Positions 37,493-48,266 of a DNA stretch of 64,000 bases are shown here, piece after piece (the stretch's first letter is position 1; each line of letters opens with the position of its first letter). The DNA lies in the NCBI GenBank assembly GCA_937138415.1, contig CAKZPA010000033.1:124511-188510 (forward strand). The letters are read 5' to 3'. Position numbers and translations under genes: made by a program. The notes under the pieces were generated by a model. It was not told where the DNA came from, ran no database searches, and saw nothing but the letters and a program-made list of their open reading frames with translations. Source of the DNA: an uncultured Nitrospiraceae bacterium. GTDB taxonomy: Bacteria; Nitrospirota; Thermodesulfovibrionia; Thermodesulfovibrionales; SM23-35.

Positions 37493-38467
37493 ATGAAAAC
37501 AGTTCTCGTGACGGGATGTGCCGGATTCATAGGGTGGAAGGTCAGTCAGATGCTGCTCGAAAAGAATATCGGCGTCGTCGGCATCGACAATATAAATGAC
37601 TACTATGACACGAAGCTGAAAACCTGGAGACTCGAACAGCTAAAAAGCAATGAAAAATTCATCTTCCACCAGCGGGATATCGGAATCTTCAATGACGTAA
37701 GAACAGTATTTGCGAACCACATATGCGACGCGGTTATCAATCTCGCCGCACGGGTCGGCGTGAGGGCATCAGTAGAAGATCCGTGGGCATACCTCGACAC
37801 GAACGTGAAAGGCACACTCAACCTCCTCGAATGCTGCAAAGAGTTCGGGGTAAAAAAATTCGTCCTGGCCTCGACATCGAGTCTTTACGGATTAAACGAG
37901 ATGCCCTTCAGGGAAGCAGACCGGACGGATACGCCTCTTGCACCATACTCGGCAACGAAAAAGGGCGCCGAAGTCCTCTGCTTCAGCTATCATTACCTTT
38001 TTGGCATTGACGTCAGCATCCCTCGTTACTTTACGGTTTACGGGCCGGCGGGACGCCCGGACATGAGCATTTTCATTTTCATCAAAAATATCGACAACGG
38101 CGTTCCGATCACGGTATTCGGTGACGGGAAGCAGAAGCGGGACTTCTCTTTCATCGATGATATCGCAGACGGGACATTGAAATGTCTCGAGCCGTTTGGC
38201 TACGAGATTTTCAACCTCGGGAATGACAATTCTGTCGAGTTGCTGTACGTGATCAACCTTATCGAAAGCTTGCTCGGGAAAAAGGCGGTGATTACGTTCG
38301 CGCCGCGTCATCCCGCCGATGTCATGACGACATGGGCGGACATCGAAAAATCGAAGGCCCGATTGCACTGGTCTCCACGAACGACCATAGAGGACGGGAT
38401 CGAAAAAACCGTCCGTTGGTATCTCGACAATAGGGACTTCGTCAGGAGCCTCCGAGACCCTTCATGA
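37493..38467 (+). CDS. NAD-dependent nucleotide-sugar epimerase (UDP-glucuronate 4-epimerase-like SDR)
   Basis: VTGCAGFIG Rossmann motif and the YSATK catalytic motif. 324 aa. Confidence 0.82.
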   Translation: MKTVLVTGCAGFIGWKVSQMLLEKNIGVVGIDNINDYYDTKLKTWRLEQLKSNEKFIFHQRDIGIFNDVRTVFANHICDAVINLAARVGVRASVEDPWAYLDTNVKGTLNLLECCKEFGVKKFVLASTSSLYGLNEMPFREADRTDTPLAPYSATKKGAEVLCFSYHYLFGIDVSIPRYFTVYGPAGRPDMSIFIFIKNIDNGVPITVFGDGKQKRDFSFIDDIADGTLKCLEPFGYEIFNLGNDNSVELLYVINLIESLLGKKAVITFAPRHPADVMTTWADIEKSKARLHWSPRTTIEDGIEKTVRWYLDNRDFVRSLRDPS

Positions 38468-38550
38468 CTTCATTGCCCGTAGCGATAAGAAGTTCTCCTC
38501 CGCCGTCAAAGCGGCTTCCGTTGGGTGCGTTTATGGTATCATTGATTCTC

Positions 38551-39273
38551 ATGGAAAAGAGGCTTCAGAAAATCCTTGCCGAGATGGGGATTGCCTCGAG
38601 GCGACACGCGGAGGAATTGATCACCGGGGGAAGAGTGACGGTCAACGGCAGGGTCGCGACTCTCGGGATGAAGGCCGACCCTGAAAAGGACCACATAAAA
38701 CTCGACGGGAAATTGCTCCGGGGACGCGAACCGAAAGTGTACCTTATTTTCAACAAGCCGACCGGCGTCGTGACGTCGCTCAGCGACCCCGAAGGCCGGC
38801 CGACGATAGCGGACTATCTCAATCGGATAAGATACAGGATATTTCCTGTCGGGAGGCTCGATTACGACTCGGAAGGGCTCCTCCTCTTGACGAACGATGG
38901 CGATTTTGCCCACGCAATCCTTCACCCCTCGAGGGAAATCCCAAAAACGTACCTCGTGAAAGTCAAAGGCGTCCCTGACGAGAAAGTCTTGAATAAAATG
39001 CGGACCGGCGTGCGGCTCGAGGATGGCCGTACAGCCCCGGCGAAGGTCCAAACGCTGAAAACGACCGAGAACAATACCTGGCTCGAGATCACGATTCACG
39101 AGGGACGCAAGAGACAGATACGGCGCATGCTCGAATACACGGGACACCCCGTACTGAAGCTCAAGAGGATCAAGATCGACGGCATCGCACTGGGCAACCT
39201 GCCCCCCGGGGAGTATCGGTACCTGAAGCCAGAGGAGGTTTCGAGAATAAAAAAAGAAGTCGCCAGCACTTAG
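38551..39273 (+). CDS. rluB: 23S rRNA pseudouridine synthase, RluB/RsuA family
   Basis: An S4 domain (RLQKILAEMGIASRRHAEELI) and the catalytic GRLDYDSEGLLLLTNDG. The start is set at MEKRLQ. Confidence 0.85.
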   Translation: MEKRLQKILAEMGIASRRHAEELITGGRVTVNGRVATLGMKADPEKDHIKLDGKLLRGREPKVYLIFNKPTGVVTSLSDPEGRPTIADYLNRIRYRIFPVGRLDYDSEGLLLLTNDGDFAHAILHPSREIPKTYLVKVKGVPDEKVLNKMRTGVRLEDGRTAPAKVQTLKTTENNTWLEITIHEGRKRQIRRMLEYTGHPVLKLKRIKIDGIALGNLPPGEYRYLKPEEVSRIKKEVAST

Positions 39274-39441
39274 ATATCAGTTACGGATATCGGTTATTCG
39301 TGTGGCGTGAGAAAGATCTCGACATAGGGTGAAATACAGATTCGAAAAATCAATCGCATTGCGGAGGCCTATCATCAATGCGTTTCGCGCACAACTGACA
39401 ATCAATAACTGCCAACTGTCATCTCTATCTTCGGAGGATAC

Positions 39442-41223
39442 ATGATTCGCAACAAGGGATGCGGAGAGACAAGCACAACGGATATCGGCCGGAATGTGAC
39501 TCTCTGCGGCTGGGTCTTCAGACGCCGCGATCACGGCGGTCTCATTTTCGTCGATTTGCGCGATAGGAGCGGCATCCTCCAGGTTGTGTTCAGCCCTGAG
39601 GCCTCACCCGACGCTCACCGGCAGGCTCATACACTGAGGAGCGAATACGTCATTGCGGTGTCTGGCACTATCAGAAAACGCCCGCCTGGGACCGAAAACC
39701 CGGCTATGTCGACGGGTGATGTCGAACTCTATGCCGTCACGCTCGACGTCCTGAACGAATCCTCCACGCTGCCGTTCATGATCGAAGATGCGGCGGAAAC
39801 CTCCGAATCCCTCAGGCTGAAGCACAGGTATCTCGACCTCAGGAGGCCTGACCTCCAGAACAATTTACTTATACGCCATAAGGTTACAAAAATCGTCAGA
39901 GACTACCTCGATGAGAACGGTTTTATCGAGATCGAAACGCCCATGCTCACGAAGTCCACACCCGAAGGGGCACGGGATTACCTGGTGCCGAGCCGACTGA
40001 ATCCGGGACACTTCTACGCGCTCCCTCAGTCTCCCCAAATATTCAAACAGATCTTGATGGTAGCGGGCCTCGAGAAATATTTTCAGATCGTGAAGTGTTT
40101 CCGGGACGAAGACCTCCGCGCGGACAGACAGCCGGAATTCACCCAGATCGACCTCGAAATGTCCTTTGCCGACCGGGAAGATATCATTGCGCTCGTCGAA
40201 GGCATGTTGCAGCGCACCTTCAGGAGCACGCTCAATGTCGAACTCCCGATTCCCTTCCAAAGGCTCGGCTTCAATGAATGTATGGAGCGGTTCGGAACCG
40301 ATAAACCCGACCTCCGATTCGGGCTCGAACTGAAAGACATGGGTGACCTTGCGATGGAGGGAAAATTCAAAGTTTTTCGCGACGCTATCGAGTCGGGTGG
40401 AAGGGTGAAGGCGCTCAACGGAAAAGGACTGGCACACCTTTCGAGGAAAGATGTCGATGCCTTGACGGACGAAGCAATCGCATACGGCGCGAAGGGTCTC
40501 GCGTGGATAAAAGTCAAAGACGGGTTCGAATCGCCTATCGCGAAGTTCTTCCCTGAAAACGCGCTCAGAGAAATGGCGTCACGGCTCGGGGCAGAGGAAG
40601 GAGACCTCATGCTCTTCGTCGCGGATAAAGAGAATATCGTTCACGATGTGCTCGGCAGGCTCCGACTCGATCTCGGGAAGCGATTGAATCTGATCGAGCG
40701 CGGATTCCGCTTTGCCTGGGTCGTCGATTTTCCGCTCCTTGAGTGGAATGACGAGGAAAGTCGTTTCGAGGCGATGCACCACCCGTTTACGTCGCCCGTG
40801 GACGACGATGTCGAAAAATTGCTGTCAGATAACGTGAACGACGGAGACATTCTCAGGAACCTCCGAGCGAAAGCGTACGACCTCGTCCTCAACGGATACG
40901 AAATAGGCGGAGGGAGCATCCGAATCCACAGGCGCGACGTCCAAAGAAGAATGTTCGCAGTCCTCGGCGTTACGGACGAGGACGCAAAGGCAAAATTCGG
41001 ATTTCTCCTCGACGCCCTCGACTACGGTGCACCGCCGCACGGCGGCATTGCGCTGGGGCTCGACCGTCTCGTCATGATCATGGTCGGTGCCTCATCGATC
41101 AGGGATGTCATCGCCTTTCCGAAAACGCAGAAAGCCACCTGTCTCATGAGTGGTACTCCCTCGCCGGTCGATCCGAAACAGCTGAAGGAACTGTCCATTA
41201 GGGTAGACCTGCCGGAACTCTGA
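39442..41223 (+). CDS. aspS: Aspartate--tRNA ligase
   Basis: 593 aa. It has an OB-fold N-terminus, [22 protein letters not shown] and [10 protein letters not shown] class II motifs. Confidence 0.96.
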   Translation: MIRNKGCGETSTTDIGRNVTLCGWVFRRRDHGGLIFVDLRDRSGILQVVFSPEASPDAHRQAHTLRSEYVIAVSGTIRKRPPGTENPAMSTGDVELYAVTLDVLNESSTLPFMIEDAAETSESLRLKHRYLDLRRPDLQNNLLIRHKVTKIVRDYLDENGFIEIETPMLTKSTPEGARDYLVPSRLNPGHFYALPQSPQIFKQILMVAGLEKYFQIVKCFRDEDLRADRQPEFTQIDLEMSFADREDIIALVEGMLQRTFRSTLNVELPIPFQRLGFNECMERFGTDKPDLRFGLELKDMGDLAMEGKFKVFRDAIESGGRVKALNGKGLAHLSRKDVDALTDEAIAYGAKGLAWIKVKDGFESPIAKFFPENALREMASRLGAEEGDLMLFVADKENIVHDVLGRLRLDLGKRLNLIERGFRFAWVVDFPLLEWNDEESRFEAMHHPFTSPVDDDVEKLLSDNVNDGDILRNLRAKAYDLVLNGYEIGGGSIRIHRRDVQRRMFAVLGVTDEDAKAKFGFLLDALDYGAPPHGGIALGLDRLVMIMVGASSIRDVIAFPKTQKATCLMSGTPSPVDPKQLKELSIRVDLPEL

Positions 41224-41231
41224 AACGCCTC

Positions 41232-42749
41232 TCAGTGTTCCTTGAACGCGCTTAACGCCTCTTCCGCCGCAGCGCGGACCGAGGAATCCTTATCGTTGAG
41301 AGCGTCGCGGAGGGGCTCGATAGCGCGCGGGTCCTTGATCTTCCCCAGCGAGATGGCCGCTTCAAAACGCACGAGCCATGTCGGATCTTTCAACGCCTCG
41401 ATGAGGGGGATGACGGCCCGCCGCTCCCGCATTTCCCCGAGAAGGGACGCCGCGGTTGACCTCGCGTAGAGATCGTCCTCCCTGAGGGCGACAATAAGTT
41501 TGTCGATCACGGTTACCCCCATCCCTCTAAGCGCAGACGCCGCCCTGTCTCGCACGAGGGGATCCTTGTCCCTGATAGCATCGAGCAAAGGTTCCGCCGC
41601 GAGAGGGTCCTGCAATTTCCCGAGAGCGGCCGCCGCTTCCGAGCGGACTAATGGGGATTCATCTTTAAGAGCTTCGACCAGCGGCACGACTGCCCGCGTA
41701 TCTCTTATATCCCCGAGTATGGCAGCAGCCTTAGCCCTTATCGGCGGCTGGGGATCCTTAAGGACGGAAGCGAGGAGGGGGGCCACCGAAGGTACGCCGA
41801 TCTCGGCCAGCGCCCTCGCAGCGGCGTCACGTACGCCCGGGGAGTCATCATGGAGAGATTCTATGAGCGGGACGACCGCACGAGGGTCGCGTATCGCCCC
41901 GAGGGCAAGCGCGGCATTTCGTCTCACATTCTTGTCATCGTCTCGCAGAGATTCGATCAGCGGTTCGACAGTGCGCGGATCCCCCGTTTCCTGGAGCGAT
42001 TTGATCGCCATCTGTTTCACCGCGCAATCGCCGATTCGCGATGCTGCGAGCAGGGCCTCCACCTCGCGGTTCTCCTTCAAACGCGCGATAATTTTCTCCA
42101 ATGCTGCGTGTGCAGACGTCTTCACTTTGAGCTTTTTGTCCCGCAGCAGGGCACAGAGCGGCCCCACCGCCCGAGGATCCCCCAATTCGCCAAGGGCTTC
42201 AGCAGCGGCGGCACGGGTTGCCGTATCCTCCACGGTGAGCACACCGATGAGGGGCTCGACAGCGCGCCTGCTCCTTATGGCACCGAGCGCTTCCACGGCC
42301 CGCTTCTGGAGAGACGCATCCTTATTCCTCAGAAGCCCCGCCAATGCGTCGACGGCGGGCGCCCCTATCTGGACGAGCGCCCTGAAAGCCTCTTTCTCCG
42401 GCGAGGTGGAGATGGTCTCCCCGCCCTCGCTCTGGAGAAGAACAGGAGTGGTATCGCCGAGGAGTGCGATGAGGTGAGAGATCGAGGGCGCAGCAGCGTT
42501 CCCCATCTCTGCCAATTTCCGGGCCGCCAGGCATCGTTCCAACGGACTTCCGGATCGGAGTGATTCGATGAGTATCTTTGCCGAGACAGGAATATCCGAC
42601 GGGTTGGCATCTCGACCCTGGTGGGATTGACTGGATGAAAGTCCCCACATCAACAGGACAAGCGCGAGAGCGCACGGCAGCAAACATCTCCACCGGGTTG
42701 CCGGCGGGAGACTGCGTTTCGATGCCGACAGGCGCAAAAGGCGCTCCAT
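41232..42749 (-). CDS. Secreted or membrane-anchored HEAT-repeat (PBS-lyase type) protein
   Basis: An N-terminal hydrophobic signal or anchor is followed by at least 12 iterations of the roughly 31-aa unit D..VR..AA.ALG.I.D.RAV.PL...L. Confidence 0.8.
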   Translation of the reverse strand: MERLLRLSASKRSLPPATRWRCLLPCALALVLLMWGLSSSQSHQGRDANPSDIPVSAKILIESLRSGSPLERCLAARKLAEMGNAAAPSISHLIALLGDTTPVLLQSEGGETISTSPEKEAFRALVQIGAPAVDALAGLLRNKDASLQKRAVEALGAIRSRRAVEPLIGVLTVEDTATRAAAAEALGELGDPRAVGPLCALLRDKKLKVKTSAHAALEKIIARLKENREVEALLAASRIGDCAVKQMAIKSLQETGDPRTVEPLIESLRDDDKNVRRNAALALGAIRDPRAVVPLIESLHDDSPGVRDAAARALAEIGVPSVAPLLASVLKDPQPPIRAKAAAILGDIRDTRAVVPLVEALKDESPLVRSEAAAALGKLQDPLAAEPLLDAIRDKDPLVRDRAASALRGMGVTVIDKLIVALREDDLYARSTAASLLGEMRERRAVIPLIEALKDPTWLVRFEAAISLGKIKDPRAIEPLRDALNDKDSSVRAAAEEALSAFKEH

Positions 42750-42754
42750 CCCTC

Positions 42755-43975
42755 TTAAAACCGCTTCACCTGCTCGAGGTAAGACACATAATTTCTGCGC
42801 ACTTCTTCCATGCTATCGCCGCCGAACTTTTCAAGGAATGCGTCAGCGATCACGAGGGCGACCATCGCCTCGGCGATGACAGCAGCCGCTGGCACGGCAC
42901 ACACGTCAGAGCGCTCATACGTCGCCTCAACCGATTTCTTCGTCACGATATCGACAGAGCGGAGGGCTCGCCGCAGCGTTGGGATCGGCTTCATCGCCAT
43001 TCTCGCGATAATCGGCATCCCGTTCGTCACACCGCCTTCGATGCCTCCCGCGTGATTCGATTTTCGATAAAAACCGGAGCGGCGAGAATAGAATATCGGA
43101 TCCATGACCTTCGATCCGGTGCGCGCGCTCATCGCGAATCCAAGCCCTATCTCTACTCCCTTCATCGCCTGGATGCTCATCAGTGCATGAGCGAGCCGCC
43201 CGTCGAGCTTCCTATCCCAGTGCGCGTAACTTCCAAGGCCAATCGGGATACCCGTCGCAAACACTTCGCATACCCCGCCGACCGAGTCCCCGGACGCAGT
43301 GGCACTGTCAATAGCCTCGATCATTGCCTTCTCGGCGTCCGGATCCGGGCATCTCACAGGAGACTTTTCCGCTTTTTTATGCAAAGATTCGAGGCTTCGA
43401 GGGTTCGAGAACAGGCCGGGGGAAGACCGGCTCCCACCTTTCGCACCCTGCGCCTCCGATCCCTTTATGCAAATGCCGCCAATTTGTAAAACGTAGCTCC
43501 CGATCATAATGCGAAACGCACGTAAAAATTTTTTTGCCACGGCACCGAGAGCGACTCTCATCGCCGTCTCCCGCGCACTGGATCGTTCGAGGACATTTCT
43601 CACATCGCGGTGCCCGTACTTGATCGCCCCTGCTATGTCCGCGTGGCCCGGCCTCGGCGAGGTAACCGATGGGATCGACCCGTCATCTTCGGCATCGGGG
43701 GACATCCCTTTGCTCCAATTCTGGAAATCTCTGTTGACGATAAGGATGGCAATCGGCGAACCCAGTGTCTTCCCCCACCTCACGCCGGAGAGGATTTCCG
43801 CGCGATCCGTCTCGATCTTCATCCTCCCGCCGCGACCGTAGCCGACCTGCCGACGCGAGAGGTCGGCGTCGATATCCGAAGGAGAAAGGTCGAGACCGGA
43901 AGGGATTCCTTCGATGATACCGATGAGGGCTTTACCGTGCGATTCGCCCGCGGTCAAGTATCTCAGGGTAGCCAT
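42755..43975 (-). CDS. aroC: Chorismate synthase
   Basis: [14 protein letters not shown] and GGISNG-like ([10 protein letters not shown]) motifs. The start is set at MATLRYL. Confidence 0.93.
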   Translation of the reverse strand: MATLRYLTAGESHGKALIGIIEGIPSGLDLSPSDIDADLSRRQVGYGRGGRMKIETDRAEILSGVRWGKTLGSPIAILIVNRDFQNWSKGMSPDAEDDGSIPSVTSPRPGHADIAGAIKYGHRDVRNVLERSSARETAMRVALGAVAKKFLRAFRIMIGSYVLQIGGICIKGSEAQGAKGGSRSSPGLFSNPRSLESLHKKAEKSPVRCPDPDAEKAMIEAIDSATASGDSVGGVCEVFATGIPIGLGSYAHWDRKLDGRLAHALMSIQAMKGVEIGLGFAMSARTGSKVMDPIFYSRRSGFYRKSNHAGGIEGGVTNGMPIIARMAMKPIPTLRRALRSVDIVTKKSVEATYERSDVCAVPAAAVIAEAMVALVIADAFLEKFGGDSMEEVRRNYVSYLEQVKRF

Positions 43976-44189
43976 TTTCAAAAAAGTATACCACACTTTC
44001 GACGCCTCTCCCCGAAAGATCGGTCATGTCGCGCGACCGGCATATAGAAGGCCGCGTGACACAAGCACTTGGAGACCGAACCGTCGGCGCGGCGGTGAGG
44101 GAAAACGCAGGATCACACAGGCCACGGAGAACCGATCATTGCATCTTGTTCTCCGTTTCAAGCAATATAGAAAGAAAAAGGAGATTGCT

Positions 44190-45128
44190 ATGATAACACG
44201 TTTGCTGCCCCTTCTCATGGTAATGGTACTGGCGACGTCTTCGTTCGCCGAGGATGCGATCGTCGCGAAGGTGAACGACGCGGTGTTTACGCAGAAAGAT
44301 CTCGAGGCGGAGGTAGATCGCCTTATTCCGCGCATGACGTTTCACCGGAGTGTCTCACCGGAAAAACGCAAGCGCTACTACGGAAAGGCGCTCGATAGCC
44401 TCATCGAGAGAGAACTCCAGTATCAGGACGCCAAAGCGCAGAATATCGTGGTGGAGAAAGAGAAAATAGACGCTCAGCTCGAAAAGTTCAAGAAGCGCTT
44501 CCCCTCCGAGAAGGAGTATCAGGCGGCTCTCGCGAGAGAGAACGCGACGGAAGATCAGGTGAGGGCCCGCATCGAAAAGGAACTCCTCGCTCAGGCCGCG
44601 TTCGCGCGGAACGTGACGGAGAAGGCGCAATTGAGCGAATCAGCACTGAAAGAGTACTACGAAAAAAATGCCGCAAAATTCAAGGAACCGGAAAGCGTGA
44701 AACTCAGGATCATCTCGACGAAGGATGAACAGAAGGCAAAGGATATCCTTACAAAGATCAAGCAGGGGGAAGACTTCGGGATGCTCGCCTATACCCTCTC
44801 GGAAGACAGTTATCGAGTGAAGAGCGGCGATATCGGGTACATTCACAAGGGGAGAATGCTCCGCGAGATCGAGGACTCGGCGTTCAAGCTCTCGCCGGGC
44901 GAGGTGAGCGATATCATAAAAGCCGATGCCAACTTTTTCATCGTCAGGCTCGAGGACAAGAAGCCCGAACATCAGCTGACGTTCGAGGAAGCAAAAGCAA
45001 AGCTCAAGAACGATCTCGAGGAGGAGCGCGTTTCGGATCTGAAGAAGAAATGGTTGGACGGACTGAGGGCGAAAGCAAAGATAGAAATTCTTTTGAAAAC
45101 CGAAGCGGAAAACGGCGACAAGAAGTGA
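44190..45128 (+). CDS. Periplasmic SurA/PpiC-type peptidyl-prolyl isomerase
   Basis: Signal peptide MITRLLPLLMVMVLATSSFA and a parvulin domain (SGDIGYIHKGRM...F.L..GEVS). AAGGAG precedes the ATG at 44190. Confidence 0.82.
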   Translation: MITRLLPLLMVMVLATSSFAEDAIVAKVNDAVFTQKDLEAEVDRLIPRMTFHRSVSPEKRKRYYGKALDSLIERELQYQDAKAQNIVVEKEKIDAQLEKFKKRFPSEKEYQAALARENATEDQVRARIEKELLAQAAFARNVTEKAQLSESALKEYYEKNAAKFKEPESVKLRIISTKDEQKAKDILTKIKQGEDFGMLAYTLSEDSYRVKSGDIGYIHKGRMLREIEDSAFKLSPGEVSDIIKADANFFIVRLEDKKPEHQLTFEEAKAKLKNDLEEERVSDLKKKWLDGLRAKAKIEILLKTEAENGDKK

Positions 45129-45162
45129 ACCGACCAGGCGGCGCATCAACGCTCAGCGAGCA

Positions 45163-45774
45163 ATGATCGCGATCGTCGACTATGGCATGGGAAACCTGCG
45201 CAGCGTGGAGAAGGGTTTCCAGCGGGTCGGGATAGACGTACGCGTCGTCTCGACTTCCCAGGCGATCGACGATGCGTCGGCGGTTGTGCTCCCCGGCGTG
45301 GGAGCCTTCAGGGACTGCATGAGAAACCTGGAGCAGAAATCGCTGACCTCTTCCCTCCTAAAGTCCCTCGCTGCGGGAAAACCGTTCATGGGTATCTGCC
45401 TCGGGCTTCAGGTGCTCTTCACGGAGTCCGAAGAATTCGGGCTTACCGCAGGGCTCAACGTCCTCCCGGGTCGCGTCGTAAGATTTCGGACAGATCTGAA
45501 AGTCCCGCATATGGGATGGAATACCATAAGAATTCTCAACAGGCCGCCGATCCTCGAAGGCATACGTGACGGGTCGTTTTTCTACTTCGTCCATTCTTTC
45601 TACGTCGTACCGGAAGAGAGCGGGGTGATCGCGACGACGACGGAGTACGGTGTGACGTTTCCCTCAATGGTGTGGAAAGACAACATTTTCGCGACCCAAT
45701 TTCACCCGGAAAAGAGTCAACAGAGCGGGCTCACGGTACTGAAGAATTTCGGTGCGTTCGCGCGGAGAGCTTAA
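45163..45774 (+). CDS. hisH: Imidazole glycerol phosphate synthase, glutamine amidotransferase subunit
   Basis: MIAIVDYGMGNLRSV, GICLG (catalytic Cys) and QFHPEKS. Confidence 0.93.
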   Translation: MIAIVDYGMGNLRSVEKGFQRVGIDVRVVSTSQAIDDASAVVLPGVGAFRDCMRNLEQKSLTSSLLKSLAAGKPFMGICLGLQVLFTESEEFGLTAGLNVLPGRVVRFRTDLKVPHMGWNTIRILNRPPILEGIRDGSFFYFVHSFYVVPEESGVIATTTEYGVTFPSMVWKDNIFATQFHPEKSQQSGLTVLKNFGAFARRA

Positions 45775-47771
45775 CCCTTCGCGTGCCAGGGGACGGTTCT
45801 GTCCTTCCCCTCCATCTTTGCCATGTAGAGGGCTTTGTCCGCGTTCCGTATGAGCTCCTTCCGATCCTTGCCGTCGTACGGAAACGTCGCGATGCCGATA
45901 CTGACCGTAATGGACTTTCTCGGGAAAAAACTCCACGTAGAGGGTATCTGCTCCTTGATGGATCTCCGTATCCTCTCGGCGACGAGCACGGCCTCTTCCC
46001 GCTCGGTCTGCGGCATGATGACCGCGAACTCCTCACCGCCGAATCGCGCGAGCACGTCACTGACCCGCAGACAGTCCTTCGCGATAGCCGCGATAGACTT
46101 GAGAATCTCATCGCCGGCGAGGTGTCCTTCCGAATCGTTGAAGAGCTTGAAGTCATCGATGTCTATCATGGCGAGAGAAAAAGCGAGATTGTGCCGATCG
46201 GACCGGTTCAACTCCTCGAAAAACCGCTCTTCGAAATAACGCCGGTTGAAGAGACCCGTGAGGGAATCCGTCACCGACAACGCTTTCAAATGTCCCGCGA
46301 GGCTGTAGTACGTAGATCGTTCAAGGGCGATCACCGCGTACGATGCAAATGAACTGATGAGCGCCATGTCGTCTTCCGAAAAGACCTCGCCCGAAATCTT
46401 GTCGGAAAGATTGAGTACCCCGATAATTTTTTCGCCAAGTTTCAGCGGAACGCTGACGAAAGAGCCGGTTCTGTACTTATGCCTCTTTGGAAACCCCCAC
46501 TCGTTCTTTTCGATATCGTCCATGACGAGGGGAACGCCCTCCTTGAAAACCCACCCCGCGACTCCCTCGCCCGCCTTAACCTTTATGTCGGTCAGAAGCC
46601 TCCGGTTGATTCCCTTCGCCGCCCTGACGGTCAGACAGGACAATTCCTCGTTCATGAGCATCAGTGAACCCTTTTCTGCCTCCGTCAGCCGAACCGACAT
46701 GTCCAGGATTGTTTCATAGAGCACATCGGGTTCTTTCACCGGTATGAGACGCGTCGCAGCGGTGTTCAGCACCTCTTTCTCCTTCAAGCACCGGTAATAG
46801 GTTCCCTCCAGTTCCGCGATTCTGAGAGAGCCGCCCATCATACGACAAATATCAAAGATAATGTCCGCATCTTCTTCCGAGACGCTCGAGTTGCAGATGA
46901 GTAGTGCGCCGGTCACCCTGTTCTCCGAAAGAATGGGAAATGCGTGAAACGAGATAATTTTGTCACTGAATCCCAACCGGAGAATGTCCATGGCGGAGTC
47001 AGAGGAAAGCGGCCGTTGCTTCTCGATCACGTCGGAGAGAATCCCGCTGATGCGGCAGGTCACGGTCGATAGGTAGTCCCTCATTCTTCCACCCGTTCGC
47101 CGAGCCTTGAGTACGCTCCCTTCCCTCACCATGATGGCGATACTCTCGACATTGAATAGGAAGAGAATCATATCGAGAATTATGTCGTAGAGCTTGTCCG
47201 GCTCTTTCTCGGGCTGAACGTCGGATAAAAGACCGAAGACCGCTTTGACGAGGCGATAACGCTTCTCGAGAATGGCACCCCTGTAACTGCTCCGCAGACC
47301 GAGGCTGAATATCGAGCAGAGGGCCCTTGCGATCGATTGCAACTCGGATGACCCCCGAATCGCCACTTCCTGGGCGAGGGCCTTCTGCCGGTCAGCGCTC
47401 ATCCCATACTCCGTCGCCGGCATTTTGAGGAACGTTTCTCTATCTTCGGAGGATGCGAAGACGCCGCCACCAACCACGAGGAACGTTGCCGTATCGATGC
47501 GAATCGGCATGAAGAAGTGCGACAGCTCGCCCGGACCCTTAAAGATCGACACGTCACTCCTCTGGAGAGCCCTCTTCATCGAGGCCTGGAGAAACTCGCG
47601 GTACTCGTCCCTTGCCGTCGGCGCTCCCCGGAGAGACATCAGGAGCGCATTTTCGTTCGACGGCGGCAGAATCAGATTGCCACGTTCACCGTAAAGGGCA
47701 AGATAAAGGCCGCTCAAACTGGCGAGGTTTCGCTGCAGAGGCGCGAGTGCATCAATATCAAGATATTCCAT
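45771..47771 (-). CDS. GAF-domain diguanylate cyclase (GGDEF)
   Basis: C-terminal GGEEF with an RxxD I-site five residues upstream (RVSDVLARFGGEEF). GAF-like regions are central and the N-terminal sensor region is unassigned. Confidence 0.9.
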   Translation of the reverse strand: MEYLDIDALAPLQRNLASLSGLYLALYGERGNLILPPSNENALLMSLRGAPTARDEYREFLQASMKRALQRSDVSIFKGPGELSHFFMPIRIDTATFLVVGGGVFASSEDRETFLKMPATEYGMSADRQKALAQEVAIRGSSELQSIARALCSIFSLGLRSSYRGAILEKRYRLVKAVFGLLSDVQPEKEPDKLYDIILDMILFLFNVESIAIMVREGSVLKARRTGGRMRDYLSTVTCRISGILSDVIEKQRPLSSDSAMDILRLGFSDKIISFHAFPILSENRVTGALLICNSSVSEEDADIIFDICRMMGGSLRIAELEGTYYRCLKEKEVLNTAATRLIPVKEPDVLYETILDMSVRLTEAEKGSLMLMNEELSCLTVRAAKGINRRLLTDIKVKAGEGVAGWVFKEGVPLVMDDIEKNEWGFPKRHKYRTGSFVSVPLKLGEKIIGVLNLSDKISGEVFSEDDMALISSFASYAVIALERSTYYSLAGHLKALSVTDSLTGLFNRRYFEERFFEELNRSDRHNLAFSLAMIDIDDFKLFNDSEGHLAGDEILKSIAAIAKDCLRVSDVLARFGGEEFAVIMPQTEREEAVLVAERIRRSIKEQIPSTWSFFPRKSITVSIGIATFPYDGKDRKELIRNADKALYMAKMEGKDRTVPWHAKG

Positions 47772-48243
47772 GGTTCGCGGTCGACTTCCGGATCAGCCCG
47801 AAGAAGAGTTCACGGACACTCGTCCCCAGTGAGGGGTGGACGACATCAGGCGCTATCTCAAATAATGGCTTCAACACAAACTCCCTCTCGTGCAATAAAG
47901 GATGGGGGATTGTCAATCCGTTTTCATTCAATATGATATGGTTATAGAAGAGAATGTCAAGGTCTATGACGCGCGGTCCCCACCTCCGCGTCCTTTCCCT
48001 TCCCATCTCGGCTTCTATGCGTTGAAGCACGCCTAAAAGCGCGGCCGGCTCGAGACCGGTTTCGATCTCGATCGCCATGTTGAGAAACAATGGCTGATTC
48101 GGATCCCCCCAGGGCTCCGTCTCGTAGAGGGAAGACTGTTTGCGCACGACGATTCCCTCTCGTCGAAGAAGCCCGACCGCCTTCCTCAAGTTCTCCGCCT
48201 TCTCCCCGAGATTCGAACCGAGGCCGAGGAATGCCGTCGCCAT
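47758..48243 (-). CDS. folK: 2-amino-4-hydroxy-6-hydroxymethyldihydropteridine diphosphokinase
   Basis: FLGLGSNLG...YETEPWG...RWGPRVIDLDIL are hallmark HPPK motifs. Confidence 0.92.
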   Translation of the reverse strand: MATAFLGLGSNLGEKAENLRKAVGLLRREGIVVRKQSSLYETEPWGDPNQPLFLNMAIEIETGLEPAALLGVLQRIEAEMGRERTRRWGPRVIDLDILFYNHIILNENGLTIPHPLLHEREFVLKPLFEIAPDVVHPSLGTSVRELFFGLIRKSTANHGIS

Positions 48244-48266
48244 CTGTGACTCCGGAGCAGGGCCTC